A stretch of DNA of 44,680 nucleotides, taken from the UHGV virus genome UHGV-0024713. One strand, 5' to 3'. Made by a program: the position numbers and the translations under genes. The first letter of the stretch is position 1; every line of letters starts with the position of its first letter. Origin of the DNA: a virus. The notes below the pieces were generated by a model. The model made no database searches, was not told the DNA's origin, and saw only the letters and a list, made by a program, of their open reading frames with translations. Shown here in pieces: positions 1 to 6,639 of the stretch.

Positions 1-9
1 AAAAAAAAA

Positions 10-34
10 GCGCCGAAGCAAAATGCGACGGCGC
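10..34 (-). terminator. Terminator-like hairpin (GCGCCG-N13-CGGCGC) with A9 on its 5' side on the + strand, so it is hairpin plus U-run only when read on the minus strand
   Basis: Perfect 6-bp inverted repeat preceded by aaaaaaaaa at 1-9; no T-run follows on + strand. Confidence 0.25.
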
Positions 35-105
35 TAACCAATAAGAGACAATGAGACGGGGGTATTATTACACGCGTGCGCGCCCGTTTCAATATTCCAA
101 AGGAG

Positions 106-134
106 TTGACACCCTGCGGTTTTAGGTGTAGTTT
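106..134 (+). promoter_or_regulatory. sigma70-like promoter candidate upstream of 166..495
   Basis: TTGACA at 106-111, 17-nt spacer, TAGTTT at 129-134; GGAGA RBS at about 154-158. Confidence 0.35.
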
Positions 135-165
135 CGTTGGTCATTAACCAACCGGAGACAGAACA

Positions 166-495
166 ATGAATATCGACGACGCAATCGAAATGTTAACTAA
201 GACTGTTTGCAGTGAGACTAGCCGGTCATGGGCGTATACCGATGCCGTGGGTGCGGTGCTATTTGAAATCGAACGTCTGCGACTTACCGAAAAAGAATTG
301 CGCGCGAAGCTGGAATTACTCAACGGTACGGCAGCCAGCAAGCTGCAAAAGCACAATGAAGAAATGGAAGAATACAAAAAACAGGTTATCCGTCTACGTG
401 AGGAAGGTAAATCCTGGGCTATGATCGCCGAGCTAACCGGAATCAACCAGAGCACCGTGCGCTCCTGGGTACGCAATAATAAAACTTCCAAATAA
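166..495 (+). CDS. Small DNA-binding protein with coiled-coil centre and C-terminal helix-turn-helix; putative regulator
   Basis: 109-aa ORF with RBS; C-terminal segment SWAMIAELTGINQSTVRSWV has HTH character; antisense ORF 144..491 is low-complexity. Confidence 0.5.
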   Translation: MNIDDAIEMLTKTVCSETSRSWAYTDAVGAVLFEIERLRLTEKELRAKLELLNGTAASKLQKHNEEMEEYKKQVIRLREEGKSWAMIAELTGINQSTVRSWVRNNKTSK

Positions 496-499
496 GGCT

Positions 500-2770
500 A
501 TGACCATGAGTTTAATTAAATTCGCCGTAACAAGACCCGCTAAAAAAGGCGAAAAAGCCAGGGCGGAAAACTTCCAGATGACCACCGATGAATTTTTCGA
601 ATTTATCAATGACGCGAAAGAAATCTCCTCGGTGCATATCAACAAGACCGAGGATAAAGCCGAGTATGCGCGCCGCAAGCGTAAGGCCGATGGCATCGTA
701 GCGTATACCAGTGATGGCTTACGCCGCAAGACCAGCGCGGTGGACCGCTCGATCCTGTTCTTTGATATTGACCGCACCGACACTCGCACCTTGCGCCGCT
801 GCCGTAAGGCTTTCATCGACGCGGGTCTGGAACACGTATTTCACACCACTACCGGCGACCGCCACCCGCTGAAAGGAGGCACGCGTTGCGCTCGCTTCCT
901 GGTACTCACTGACAAGCCTGTACCGGCTGAAGACCTGGGCCGCGTCCAGTATGCACTATTACACCAACTGGGGCTGTCAGATGTGGACTTCGACGATTGC
1001 ACGAAAGACACAAACCGCCTTATGTACCTGCCTCACCAGCAATCGGTTGTTAAGTGTCACTATGGCAAGCGCGCCCGCGTCCGTCGTCTGCTCCGCCTGG
1101 CTGACAAGCTGGGGGTTGAGAAAGAGGAAGTTCGCCGCGAACTGACCCAGGGCGACGACGCAGTGGCAGACGGCATTCTGGACTGGTGCTTCCAGGCAGG
1201 ATTCGAGGAGTTATCTTCCGGTCGCGGTTATGAAGTGCCATGCCCTAACGAACACCTGCACAGCGGCGAAGGGTCGACGGCTATCATGGTCAAGGATGGC
1301 GAGATCCGTTTCAAGTGTATGCACACCGGCAACGAGTGTTGCTCGGAGCTAAATAGACACCAGCACCTGGCGCTACGTCTCATCGGGATACCGGACCACC
1401 TGAACGTCGAGCCACACAATATGTCCCGTAAGCAAATCGCCGCCATCCTGCCAGGTCTGGACGACGAGGAAGTCGAATCCTTATATGATCACATTGTTGA
1501 TGCGGTTGGCGACGGCGAAGAATACGGCGTGTGCACCGATGCGGATCTGGATAACGAGCCGGTCGCACTATTCAGTAAGCACGACCCGATTATCGAGGGG
1601 TTGATTAACTTTAAATCGACCTGGTACATGGCGGGTGAGTCGAATATCGGTAAATCGTTCTACGTGCTGGGCCAAATGGGCGCTGTTGCCGCCGGTATTC
1701 CGTTCGGCGGTGCGAAGGTTGTCCAGTCGCATTGCTTCTATTTCGATGCGGAAGGTGGCGAAGCCTCCCACCAGCGTAAGGAAGCATTGCAGATCAAATA
1801 TGAGCACGACCTGGACAAGCTGCACATTATCGACCTGCAATCTCGCGGCTGGGATATCACCAGCAAGTCCGGTTTGCGTGAAGTTATCAGCTTCATCAAC
1901 CGCACCGCTAACGGCGAACCGGTTGGCCTGGTGGCGTTCGACTCCCTCAACCAGACTGTTGCGCTGCGGTCTGCCGATGCTAAACCGTTTGACGAGAACA
2001 ACGCCAGCGATATGGGTGAAGTGGTCAAAGCGCTGAAGGCCATCGCGGAAAATACAGGTGGCAGTGCGGGCGTCATCCACCACCCGGCTAAAGGTGCAAA
2101 CGGCAGCAGAACCCCACGCGGGTCCGGCGCGCTGCATGGTGCTGTCGATTCTGCGTTCTTCCTGGAACAGCCGGACGACAACCAGCCCGGACAATTGAAC
2201 CTGTATCATGAGAAGTCACGTAACGGCATCAAGCAAGCGCCACGCGGCTTCGTCCTGCTCAAGTGCAAGGTTAAGGTGGATCTCCGCAAGTCCGAGGCGT
2301 TCGAGGCGCACCAGTCCACCAGCACCGGGCCAGACTTCGGCGACGTGGTCGCCGGATGGGACGTCAAGCCGATTGCCTCCACGCCACGCGACGAGACTCT
2401 CTATCTCGTACCGGTTGCCCTGGCACCGTTCGCTATTGAACAGGCGAAGGCAGCGGGCAAAGCAGCAGTTAAGGAAGAGAACACCGCCGGACCGCGCAAC
2501 GAAAAAGAGAAAGTGCTTTATGCGGCCCTGGAAAAACTGATGGAAGATAACCCGGACCATACCGGATTCAGTAAATCGGCAATTGTCCGCCAGGCGGGAT
2601 TGGCAAAAGGTGGCACATCGACGAAGGCAATCGACGATATGGTCGAGCGCGGCGTACTCGGTTTTTATACAGACCCACACACCGGGGCCATCTATGGGTC
2701 GTCTAATATCGTCATAAAAACGAATATACCCATCACGCTTTCAGCGACCGATGACGACCTGAGTGATTAG
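500..2770 (+). CDS. Primase-polymerase / helicase fusion (PrimPol-like N-domain, Zn-ribbon, P-loop helicase core, C-terminal extension)
   Basis: N-terminal ILFFDIDR acidic motif; Cys/His cluster CPNEHLHSGE...KCMHTGNECC; Walker A GESNIGKS, Walker B-like LVAFDSL, VIHHPAKG...GSGALHGAVD typical of RepA/DnaB-like P-loop helicases. Confidence 0.7.
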   Translation: MTMSLIKFAVTRPAKKGEKARAENFQMTTDEFFEFINDAKEISSVHINKTEDKAEYARRKRKADGIVAYTSDGLRRKTSAVDRSILFFDIDRTDTRTLRRCRKAFIDAGLEHVFHTTTGDRHPLKGGTRCARFLVLTDKPVPAEDLGRVQYALLHQLGLSDVDFDDCTKDTNRLMYLPHQQSVVKCHYGKRARVRRLLRLADKLGVEKEEVRRELTQGDDAVADGILDWCFQAGFEELSSGRGYEVPCPNEHLHSGEGSTAIMVKDGEIRFKCMHTGNECCSELNRHQHLALRLIGIPDHLNVEPHNMSRKQIAAILPGLDDEEVESLYDHIVDAVGDGEEYGVCTDADLDNEPVALFSKHDPIIEGLINFKSTWYMAGESNIGKSFYVLGQMGAVAAGIPFGGAKVVQSHCFYFDAEGGEASHQRKEALQIKYEHDLDKLHIIDLQSRGWDITSKSGLREVISFINRTANGEPVGLVAFDSLNQTVALRSADAKPFDENNASDMGEVVKALKAIAENTGGSAGVIHHPAKGANGSRTPRGSGALHGAVDSAFFLEQPDDNQPGQLNLYHEKSRNGIKQAPRGFVLLKCKVKVDLRKSEAFEAHQSTSTGPDFGDVVAGWDVKPIASTPRDETLYLVPVALAPFAIEQAKAAGKAAVKEENTAGPRNEKEKVLYAALEKLMEDNPDHTGFSKSAIVRQAGLAKGGTSTKAIDDMVERGVLGFYTDPHTGAIYGSSNIVIKTNIPITLSATDDDLSD

Positions 2771-2781
2771 TTTTTGCGCGC

Positions 2782-2826
2782 ATTGGTTGCCATTTTGAGT
2801 GTTTTTATCTGGCCGTATTGGTTGCC
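2782..2826 (+). promoter_or_regulatory. Direct-repeat pair of ATTGGTTGCC motif (copies at 2782-2791 and 2817-2826)
   Basis: Two identical 10-mers 35 bp apart directly after the primase-helicase stop; same motif recurs at about 10 other intergenic loci. Confidence 0.4.
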
Positions 2827-2876
2827 GTGTAGTGTGAGTATAGTGAATAGTTATGCAATAAATCTGCATAAACTAA

Positions 2877-2978
2877 GCGGGACAAAAAGCGGGACGGACC
2901 AGGGGCGGGACAAAGCGGGACAGCACCCCTGTCCCGCCCCGGATGACGCGGCCTGGCGGGGAGCGGGACAGCGGGACA
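2877..2978. repeat. Iteron array A: six direct GCGGGACA octamers plus one inverted copy, including palindrome GCGGGACAGCACCCCTGTCCCGC (2915-2937)
   Basis: Octamers at about 2877, 2889, 2905, 2915, 2963, 2971; inverted TGTCCCGC at 2930-2937; no credible ORF. Confidence 0.7.
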
Positions 2979-2984
2979 GCACCC

Positions 2985-3034
2985 CAGTCTTTCAGACTAG
3001 ACGGGGGGTCTGGCACCCCCCTCGTCTGAGACTG
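2985..3034. other. Long G/C-cored stem-loop A (CAGTCTTTCAGACTAGACGGGGGG-loop-CCCCCCTCGTCTGAGACTG), near-identical copy at 20035-20083
   Basis: Imperfect extended inverted repeat with G6/C6 core; partner differs mainly in the loop. Confidence 0.6.
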
Positions 3035-3097
3035 CATAAAATCCTGGACTGCATAACACACGGCAACATGATGCAAAGTGCGGTCGTCGATGAACTA

Positions 3098-3107
3098 GGC
3101 AACCAAT
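3098..3107 (-). promoter_or_regulatory. Single reverse-oriented copy of the recurring motif (GGCAACCAAT on + strand)
   Basis: Matches reverse complement of ATTGGTTGCC within the non-coding hub. Confidence 0.3.
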
Positions 3108-3188
3108 GCGAGTTGCAGAATGGTGGGTGAAAAATGCAGTTTGCAGTTACAGCAGATAGCGATCAACTTTTTCATACGCATGATTAAT

Positions 3189-3229
3189 ATTGGTTGCGTC
3201 CGCCCTGGCACCTTGCTATATTGGTTGCA
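3189..3229 (+). promoter_or_regulatory. sigma70-like promoter with embedded motif pair upstream of 3248..3556
   Basis: -35 TTGCGT (3194-3199) inside motif copy 1, 17-nt spacer, -10 TATATT (3217-3222) overlapping motif copy 2 ATTGGTTGCA (3220-3229). Confidence 0.5.
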
Positions 3230-3247
3230 CACCAACATGAGGACTGA

Positions 3248-3556
3248 ATGATGAAAGCGATTATCTGGAATTACTCCCTAGCCGTGGCAAAGTTGGACGA
3301 AGCGAAAGCACTGAACGGCAACATCGACCAGGCGCTTCAGGTTGCGATACTGGCCCACCAATCAATCCGTGATGCGCTCTACCGCATGGGCGCCAGCATG
3401 GACGAACTGAGGCCGTTGCGTATGGCAATCCACGAATACGCGCGGGCATTCTCCCGTGAGCGCCTGGCGTATCGCTTCGGTATTGGCGATAGGGCAGTGA
3501 CAAACGTCGCCAGGATTAAAGCCCAGCGCGAACTATTCGACCAGCTTGCGAAATAA
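3248..3556 (+). CDS. Hypothetical early protein (102 aa)
   Basis: ORF directly downstream of the promoter candidate; no recognisable motif. Confidence 0.5.
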   Translation: MMKAIIWNYSLAVAKLDEAKALNGNIDQALQVAILAHQSIRDALYRMGASMDELRPLRMAIHEYARAFSRERLAYRFGIGDRAVTNVARIKAQRELFDQLAK

Positions 3557-3565
3557 GGGGCCAAA

Positions 3566-3835
3566 ATGGGCCGCAGACGCGCTAAACAGCTTTCGTGGAG
3601 CATCCCACTGCATTGCATACGAATATGGGCTAAGAATGCGACTGAGGGCGATTCTGTATTCTGGTGCTATCGCGACGACGTGAAGCCACTGACGCAGACT
3701 CGCTACTTGCACCAGTTCGCGGCACAACACGATTTCAGGGTGCGGACTTCCTTGCAACCAATGGGAATACGTATTACATTACGCCGGAAGCCCGCCGTTG
3801 AGCGGGTAGGAAAACACTGGAGACTGAGCAAATGA
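3566..3835 (+). CDS. Hypothetical protein (89 aa)
   Basis: ORF in the same-strand early block, 10 nt after the preceding gene. Confidence 0.45.
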   Translation: MGRRRAKQLSWSIPLHCIRIWAKNATEGDSVFWCYRDDVKPLTQTRYLHQFAAQHDFRVRTSLQPMGIRITLRRKPAVERVGKHWRLSK

Positions 3836-3966
3836 TGATAGGCGGATTCTCGCAGGAGTTTATCTACCTGCATATGTGCGAACTTGACTACAAACAAAAC
3901 GGCATCGCTACGGTATGCGATGGCGACACGAAGACTATCGAAGAGATTGAGGAGACAGAGCAATGA
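3832..3966 (+). CDS. Small acidic hypothetical protein (44 aa), translationally coupled
   Basis: ATGA overlap with upstream stop and with downstream start at 3963; not in ORF track because under 60 aa. Confidence 0.35.
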   Translation: MMIGGFSQEFIYLHMCELDYKQNGIATVCDGDTKTIEEIEETEQ

Positions 3967-4580
3967 AATTACTATTCCGCCGTAAGCACGATGGTCGCAT
4001 CCTGAAGCCGATCCAGACCCTGGATTCCTACGTCCGCTTACAAAACGCGGCAGGCAATCGGGTCTGGTGGGCAGTGAAAAACAAGTTGCCGGAAAACTTT
4101 GAGGTACTCACTCACGATATTGAGCGCGGCGATGTGTTGCGTGATATTCGCGACGGTAGTATGTGGGTCGTCGAGTATGTCGGGCGTCATGGCCTGCGTA
4201 TGCAGAACCGCAAGGATGGCGTAGCGGGTATGACGTACTTCGGGCTAATCCACTACGAGCGCGTGGGGCGCAAATACAGCCTGCGTGCCCGCCAGCCGCA
4301 TGAGCGCGCGAACACCGAAGCGGATGCAGTTAACCGAGTAACGCGTGAGGTCGCACAGAAGACGCGCGTAGAGTTCCGCAAGTCACAGCCAGCCTATGCA
4401 ACCTACGACGCGAGCAAAGTGATGGAGCCGATCCGCCAGGCAACGCGTGAAATCATCAATCGCTTTGATGCCGTGACGAATGCACAGCGCCATGCGCAGG
4501 AATACGGCGTTGGATTCATCCGGGTAGAACGTGACGGCAGCATGAAAGCCATCGACCCGCGCTCGGTGATTCTGAAATGA
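3963..4580 (+). CDS. Hypothetical protein (205 aa)
   Basis: Long ORF, coupled to neighbours; no recognisable motif. Confidence 0.55.
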   Translation: MKLLFRRKHDGRILKPIQTLDSYVRLQNAAGNRVWWAVKNKLPENFEVLTHDIERGDVLRDIRDGSMWVVEYVGRHGLRMQNRKDGVAGMTYFGLIHYERVGRKYSLRARQPHERANTEADAVNRVTREVAQKTRVEFRKSQPAYATYDASKVMEPIRQATREIINRFDAVTNAQRHAQEYGVGFIRVERDGSMKAIDPRSVILK

Positions 4581-4714
4581 GTGCGACGATCCGTGATATG
4601 CTTCAGCATAACCGCTTTGAGATAGGCGGTCGGGTATTTCGCAATTACTTCGTGGCGCGTGCCTGGGCGCGCCATATTGGCAAACCAGAGGGGGCAATAC
4701 GATGCTACACGATG
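4577..4714 (+). CDS. Small hypothetical protein (about 45 aa)
   Basis: ATG overlaps stop of 3963..4580 (ATGA); ends overlapping start of 4702..4989. Confidence 0.3.
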
Positions 4715-4989
4715 TGATTTATTGGTTTGGCTTGGCCTGTGGGCTATCCCTGATCACGGCAGTGCTGGGCGCGATATGGGTATTCCTGATTTGGCCCGCG
4801 GGGGAAGCCGCCAGCATTACCCGCATGACGTTTCAGATGTACAAGCGCCGTGGCATCACGGAGCACCCGACCAGGTTGCGCATGTGGTGGCTGTGGTATC
4901 GCGATATGATAGGCGGGCGAACATTCGAAGCCGTCCGGTCGAGTGGATGGGAGTGGAAAGGCGTCGGCAAGTGGTCCATTTTCGATTAA
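4702..4989 (+). CDS. Small membrane protein (95 aa, N-terminal transmembrane helix)
   Basis: Hydrophobic segment FGLACGLSLITAVLGAIWVFLIW. Confidence 0.45.
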   Translation: MLHDVIYWFGLACGLSLITAVLGAIWVFLIWPAGEAASITRMTFQMYKRRGITEHPTRLRMWWLWYRDMIGGRTFEAVRSSGWEWKGVGKWSIFD

Positions 4990-5006
4990 TTATGCAAGCG
5001 TGATAT

Positions 5007-5042
5007 AGTCCCAGTGAGATAAAACTTACTGGGACTTTTTTT
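5007..5042 (+). terminator. Intrinsic terminator
   Basis: Perfect 9-bp stem AGTCCCAGT/ACTGGGACT followed by T7, ending one base before ATG at 5043. Confidence 0.7.
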
Positions 5043-5333
5043 ATGGATAAGCTAAACGAGTGGTTATTCGCCCTTGCGTGTCTTGCTGGTGGATTCGTGG
5101 GCGCACGCATTCATGGCGAGGCAACGAAAGGGCCGTTGAACTTCGTTTTATATGTAGTAGTTGGCTTCCTGTGTGCCATATTTGGTGCGCCAGCTATTGC
5201 CGAGTGGTCTGGCTTATCGGGCGAGCGCACTGTCGCCGGTTTGGGCTTCGTAACCGCAATCTTCTGGATGCCAATCGCCGACCGGATCAGGGAGACTATT
5301 GCGTCGTTCCGACTTCCGGGGGGTGCAAAATGA
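5043..5333 (+). CDS. Holin-like membrane protein (96 aa, about 3 transmembrane segments)
   Basis: Three hydrophobic helices; sits two genes upstream of the endolysin. Confidence 0.5.
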   Translation: MDKLNEWLFALACLAGGFVGARIHGEATKGPLNFVLYVVVGFLCAIFGAPAIAEWSGLSGERTVAGLGFVTAIFWMPIADRIRETIASFRLPGGAK

Positions 5334-5575
5334 TTATCTCCGTCCTGTTGTTTGTTATCATCGGGGCTTCGTCCCTGTTTAACGTGTATGCGCCGTCCGT
5401 CCGGGATGGCTTTTTCGGTCGGGTGCTGTATCTGTTAACGGCAATGGTCTGTTTTATCGGATTGTTGCAAACCGGAGACGTATCTGATACCACCTGGACC
5501 GCGTTAATCTGGCTGTTTGCATTGCGCACGCTGCGTAATGCTGTTTTGAATGGGGTAAAACATGCGATTCAGTGA
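5330..5575 (+). CDS. Second holin/antiholin-like membrane protein (81 aa)
   Basis: Internal ATG of track ORF 5060..5575 overlapping upstream stop (ATGA); 2-3 hydrophobic helices. Confidence 0.45.
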   Translation: MIISVLLFVIIGASSLFNVYAPSVRDGFFGRVLYLLTAMVCFIGLLQTGDVSDTTWTALIWLFALRTLRNAVLNGVKHAIQ

Positions 5576-6053
5576 CAACGGTCTACGATTTACGGCAGCA
5601 TGGGAGCAATTCAGCCCAGTGCCGTATTTTGCGACTAAGAAGGAGCAGGCACGCGGCCTGTACACCTGGGGTTATGGGCATACTGGCACAAATCCGCCGC
5701 GGAGCATTACCCGTGCGGAAGCACTGGAGCTACTCAAGCGCGATGTGGCGTATGCTGAGGACTGGGTGAATAAATACGCGCATAAGAGCATTAACCAGGC
5801 GCAATTCGACGCGCTGGTGGACCTGGTTATCAATGCCGGTCCTGGCCCGATCGTACCGGACCATATCGCCAATGACTTCGATGATGCGGTGCGCCTGGGT
5901 GACTGGGCGAAGGTCCGTGCTACTCTGCCGCAGTTCCGCAAGCAAGGCGGGGAAGTGCTGAAGGGATTAGTCCGTCGAGCAATCGGCAGGCAAGCGCTAT
6001 TCGATGGTAAGCAGTGGGACGTTGCCGAGAAGATCGGACGTAACGCGGCATAA
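5562..6053 (+). CDS. Endolysin, phage lysozyme (GH24-like muramidase)
   Basis: E...Y...GxxTxGYGHTG catalytic-region pattern (AAWEQFSPVPYF...GLYTWGYGHTG) comparable to T4/P22-type lysozymes. Confidence 0.8.
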   Translation: MRFSDNGLRFTAAWEQFSPVPYFATKKEQARGLYTWGYGHTGTNPPRSITRAEALELLKRDVAYAEDWVNKYAHKSINQAQFDALVDLVINAGPGPIVPDHIANDFDDAVRLGDWAKVRATLPQFRKQGGEVLKGLVRRAIGRQALFDGKQWDVAEKIGRNAA

Positions 6054-6069
6054 TACGAGGAGACACAAT

Positions 6070-6231
6070 ATGTTAAAAAGCATTCTTGATCATAACGCCG
6101 ACGCGCTCGCCGCGCTGGCTAAAACCGAAGACCCAGGCGCACGCGCCATTATCGCGGACACAATCAGTCATGCGGGTGTCTTTGATGCGAAGCTGCCGAG
6201 TCCGCCACCGCCCGCAGAGCCAGGGGAGTAA
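6070..6231 (+). CDS. Small proline-tailed hypothetical protein (53 aa)
   Basis: Internal ATG with GAGGAG RBS; C-terminal PSPPPPAEP; no lipobox Cys, so not called an o-spanin. Confidence 0.35.
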   Translation: MLKSILDHNADALAALAKTEDPGARAIIADTISHAGVFDAKLPSPPPPAEPGE

Positions 6232-6237
6232 ACCACA

Positions 6238-6262
6238 AGCCCGGTTAATTCCGGGCTTTTTA
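6238..6262 (+). terminator. Intrinsic terminator after the lysis cassette
   Basis: AGCCCGG-ttaatt-CCGGGCT followed by T5. Confidence 0.65.
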
Positions 6263-6266
6263 TTGC

Positions 6267-6305
6267 TTGACATGCAACCAACTATCAGACCATACTGCGA
6301 CCAAT
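6267..6305 (+). promoter_or_regulatory. sigma70-like promoter (TTGACA-18-CATACT) overlapped by two reverse-oriented motif copies
   Basis: TTGACA 6267-6272; TGCAACCAAC 6273-6282; CATACT 6291-6296; TGCGACCAAT 6296-6305. Confidence 0.45.
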
Positions 6306-6326
6306 CAACAAGAGGAGTATTACACT

Positions 6327-6419
6327 ATGGCACGTAATGATATTTGGGTATTGGCAATCTGGTCCGCCGCGGCATTTATTGGAATGGTAATTTGTGAGGT
6401 GACTTATGGCATTTAAACC
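6327..6419 (+). CDS. Tiny hydrophobic peptide (30 aa), speculative
   Basis: AGGAG RBS 9 nt upstream; hydrophobic core. Confidence 0.2.
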
Positions 6420-6579
6420 GCAACGCGATTCCCGCCCTATGGCGGCACGACCGCGGGCCTCCCAAATGGAGGCGTCATTCTTCCGGGGTCTTTCGTTCCT
6501 GACAAAGAAAGAGCAAGGAAAAGTTATGGGTGAGTTCCGTCGCATGATGGCGGAATTTAAACAGCAAGACAACTCATAG
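6406..6579 (+). CDS. Small basic protein (57 aa), speculative
   Basis: GAGGTG RBS; overlaps preceding tiny ORF. Confidence 0.25.
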   Translation: MAFKPQRDSRPMAARPRASQMEASFFRGLSFLTKKEQGKVMGEFRRMMAEFKQQDNS

Positions 6580-6639
6580 CGCACCGCAGTGTGGGCCGTG
6601 GTATATTGTCCCCGGTCCTCTCAATCAGGAAGATATACA

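Noticed and set aside
144-491. 115-aa minus-strand ORF opposite 166..495
   Set aside because: Ser/Leu-rich low-complexity product; the + strand ORF has an RBS and an HTH and is preferred.
1568-2209. 213-aa and 147-aa minus-strand ORFs inside the primase-helicase gene
   Set aside because: Antisense to the Walker A/B region of a strongly supported gene; composition consistent with a GC-rich antisense frame.
2877-2978. Possible CRISPR array because of short direct repeats
   Set aside because: Repeat unit is only 8 bp with 1-8 bp gaps, no spacer-sized unique segments, no leader and no cas genes; this is iteron-like, not CRISPR.
2774-3130. 118-aa ORF in the ORF track spanning the iteron region
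   Set aside because: No RBS; the translation is driven by the GCGGGACA repeats and palindromes (repetitive Gly/Arg/Asp-rich product); the region is better explained as a non-coding cis element.
3200-3226. sigma54 promoter (TGGCAC...TTGC) suggested by ctGGCACcttGCtata
   Set aside because: GG and GC elements are 6 nt apart rather than the required 10, and no enhancer-binding protein gene is present.
6070-6231. o-spanin (Rz1-like) call for the Pro-rich protein after the endolysin
   Set aside because: No signal peptide and no lipobox Cys; a proper spanin pair exists at 12461-12902.
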